Below are positions 61,645-64,000 of a DNA stretch of 64,000 nt, in pieces. The notes beneath the pieces were generated by a model. The model was given only the letters and a program-made list of their open reading frames with translations. It made no database searches and was not told the origin of the DNA. The DNA is taken from contig OZ245006.1 in assembly GCA_965223545.1 (NCBI GenBank), positions 5,504,001 through 5,568,000 on the forward strand. Reading direction: 5' to 3'. The DNA is from Planctomycetota bacterium. Lineage in GTDB: Bacteria; Planctomycetota; UBA1135; UBA2386. The position numbers and the translations under genes are program-made. How positions within the stretch are numbered: position 1 is the first letter of the stretch; every line of letters starts with the position of its first letter.

Positions 61645-64000
61645 ATGCTCGACCAAGCCATGCTCAGCCCTCGCCAAGCCACCGGTGTTCTCCTCTTCGT
61701 CGGTCTCGTCGTCTGCGACCGCGGCACCGCGCAGCCCGGCTTGCGCGCCACCGCGCAGCGACTGGTGCTCGCTGCAGCCGACGCCGATGGCGACGGCGAT
61801 GTGTCGGCGGCGGAGTGGGGGGTGTTCACCGGGGCGCGCGCGGTGGGCGCGGACGGCAATCTCGACCGGAGCCGGCTCAAGGCCGACTTGGTCATGGTCC
61901 GGCTGGATGCGGACCGCGACGGACACTGGTCGGGCGGCGAGCTCGCCGGCTTGTGGGAGCCGCTCGACACCGACCGCAACGGAATGGTCGAAGGCGACGA
62001 GATGCCGGGATCCGGCCGCGCCGGCCGGCCGGCAGTGGAGGCGGGCATCGTCGTGCCGCGCGCCGACGAAGATGGCGACAGCGCGGTGTCGGCCGCCGAA
62101 TGGCAGGCGTTTCTCGAGCGCACCGCGCGGGTGGACGGCGCCACTGTTGCAGAGTGGGTGACGCTGACCGAAGCCGCGCCGCCGGCCGATCGCGGGGCGT
62201 TCACCGCGGCGACGTACTTGACCACTCTGGACAGCAGTCTCGACCGTGACCGCAATGGCGTGTTGACGTTGGCCGACCTGCAGGCGGTGTTCGGCGCGGT
62301 GGACGGCAATGCCGACGGTGCGGTGACCGCGGCCGAGCTGCGCGCCGCCGGTCGGGCGCCCCGCGCCGGCCGCGCCGGCCGGCGCGGTTGGGTGCGGGCG
62401 ACCGAGGCCCAGCGCGCGCAGCCACCGCTGATGGCCTGGCAGCGCAGCCTCGAGGACGCGCAAGCGCTCGCCGCCGCCAGCGGCAAGCCGCTGCTGATCT
62501 GCGTCAACATGGATGGCGAGCCCGCGTGCGAGTCGATCGCGTGGTACTACTACCGCGAGCCCGCCTTCGCCGCGCTGGCGCGCGGCTTCGTGTGCGTGCT
62601 GGCGTCTCCCGACCGCCGCAATCCCCGCGACTACGACGGCCGAGGCCGCCGCATCGTCGACCCCAAGTTCGGCCGCCTGATCAACTGGGAGCACCAGTCG
62701 ATCGAGCCGACGCTGTACGAGCGCTACTTCAACGGCCGGCGCGTCGCGCCGCGCCACGTCGGGGTCTCGCCTTCGGGCGAGGTGTTGTTCGACGTGTTCT
62801 TGGTCGGCGACCTGTCGCCGGTCGAGGAGCAGCTGCGCACCCACGGCGTGCTGGGTCCGCTGCCCGCTGCCGAGGACGAGGCCGCGCTGTTGGCGAGTCC
62901 CGACGCCGCCCACCGCGAGCGGCTCGAGGCCGGTTTCTTGCTGGCGGATGCGGCCGAGCGGGCGCGGTTGGCCGGCCTCGCGCTGGACCCGGCCCGTCGC
63001 ACGCAGCACCCGGACCTGCTGCGGCTGGCGTTGTGCGATCCGGATCCGGCGGTGGCGGCTGCCGCCCGAGCGGCCGTCGTCGCCGCCCCGGAGCTCGTCA
63101 CACCGCTGCTGTTCGGCGTGGCGTGGCGGCGCGCTCCGACGGAGCAGACGCGCACGGCAGTGGTCGCCGCCGCCGAGGCGCGGCTTGCGGCGATGTCCGA
63201 GGACGACGAGGGCGCGGCGCAGCTGGCGGCTTCGGTGCGGGGCTGGCGCGGACTGTTGGCATCGGTCGATTGGCTCGACGTGGACGCCTGGTGCGCGCGC
63301 TTGGCCGCGGCCGACGCGGCGCCGATCCCGTCGCGGACGCCGGATGATCTCGCGGCGCTCGACGTGCGGATCGAGCAGTTGGAGGCCGGCGTGGCCGCAG
63401 ACGACGGCGACGGCGGCCTGCGGTTGGAGCTGGCCGCCGCGAACATGGAGTACGCCCTGATCCGGGCCGCCGACGGCAAGGATCCCAGCTTCTTGCTGCT
63501 CGACGCGCGCAGCCACGCCCAGGCGGCGGCCGAGGTCGGCGCCCCGCGCGCGCGCGCATCGGCCTACGTCGCTTGGAGCAGTTACCTGCTCAACGAGCTC
63601 GAGGCGGCGGCGCCGGCCGCGCGCGACGCGGTGTCCGGTCTGGAGGAGGAAGCCCAGACCGAGCTCGCGTGTCAGGCCCTCGAGGTGCTGGCGCAGTGTC
63701 GCACGCGGGATCTGTACGCGGCGATGTCGGCGGGCGACGAATGGCCCGCGACTTGGGTGGCCGAACTCGCCGCGGTGCACCGCGTCCTGCGCGCGCATCC
63801 CCTCGCGACCGAGGCGCAGCTGCGCGCGGGGCTGGAGCTGCTGGGGCAGATCGACGCCGGCGGCGTGGCGGTCGACGCGGCCGTCGCCGCGGTGGCGCGC
63901 ATGCCGTGGTCACAGACCCTGCACGAGCAGCTGCGCGGGGCGGTGCTGGCGGGCCCCGGACCGCGCGGCATGACCCCGGCGTACGCGTCGCTCGAGATCG
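61645..64000 (+). CDS. Exported multi-EF-hand / thioredoxin-like / helical-repeat protein, runs off the window
   Basis: Open frame not in the ORF track (no stop seen). Six DxDxDG-type loops (e.g. DADGDGDVSAAE, DTDRNGMVEGDE), then WQRSLEDA..A...GKPLLICVNMDGEPAC. Confidence 0.8.
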   Translation, partial: MLDQAMLSPRQATGVLLFVGLVVCDRGTAQPGLRATAQRLVLAAADADGDGDVSAAEWGVFTGARAVGADGNLDRSRLKADLVMVRLDADRDGHWSGGELAGLWEPLDTDRNGMVEGDEMPGSGRAGRPAVEAGIVVPRADEDGDSAVSAAEWQAFLERTARVDGATVAEWVTLTEAAPPADRGAFTAATYLTTLDSSLDRDRNGVLTLADLQAVFGAVDGNADGAVTAAELRAAGRAPRAGRAGRRGWVRATEAQRAQPPLMAWQRSLEDAQALAAASGKPLLICVNMDGEPACESIAWYYYREPAFAALARGFVCVLASPDRRNPRDYDGRGRRIVDPKFGRLINWEHQSIEPTLYERYFNGRRVAPRHVGVSPSGEVLFDVFLVGDLSPVEEQLRTHGVLGPLPAAEDEAALLASPDAAHRERLEAGFLLADAAERARLAGLALDPARRTQHPDLLRLALCDPDPAVAAAARAAVVAAPELVTPLLFGVAWRRAPTEQTRTAVVAAAEARLAAMSEDDEGAAQLAASVRGWRGLLASVDWLDVDAWCARLAAADAAPIPSRTPDDLAALDVRIEQLEAGVAADDGDGGLRLELAAANMEYALIRAADGKDPSFLLLDARSHAQAAAEVGAPRARASAYVAWSSYLLNELEAAAPAARDAVSGLEEEAQTELACQALEVLAQCRTRDLYAAMSAGDEWPATWVAELAAVHRVLRAHPLATEAQLRAGLELLGQIDAGGVAVDAAVAAVARMPWSQTLHEQLRGAVLAGPGPRGMTPAYASLEI

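Overview
GC-rich bacterial chromosomal segment, most likely from an uncultured Planctomycetota. This is inferred from the planctomycete-type cytochrome c domains, ECF sigma/Ser-Thr kinase pair, ECF-carboxypeptidase-regulatory-domain fusions, sulfatases and many exported beta-propeller proteins. About 45 genes are supportable. Housekeeping and metabolic genes: metF, pepP, a thiolase-hbd-ACAD-sppA-ACAD operon, two ABC exporter operons (YtrA/GntR- and ArsR-led) and a sulfatase. The rest is a large accessory secretome. No rRNA, tRNA, CRISPR array or transposase was seen. Main highlights: (1) two acyl-CoA dehydrogenases with exactly complementary motif loss, suggesting an obligate heteromeric enzyme; (2) a shared ~120-aa C-terminal domain on four otherwise different secreted beta-propeller proteins, plus near-universal signal peptides that expose Gln, together a candidate protein-sorting system; (3) a Cys-repeat bufferin (BufA2)-like RiPP precursor at the left edge, divergent from a diheme lipoprotein; (4) a dispersed GTAC-footed REP-like palindrome family; (5) a low-GC kelch gene flanked by a duplicated gene fragment; (6) a decayed toxin-antitoxin/kinase islet. 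Several frameshifts are single-base losses in G/C runs and may be long-read errors. All family assignments are from motif recognition, not database searches.
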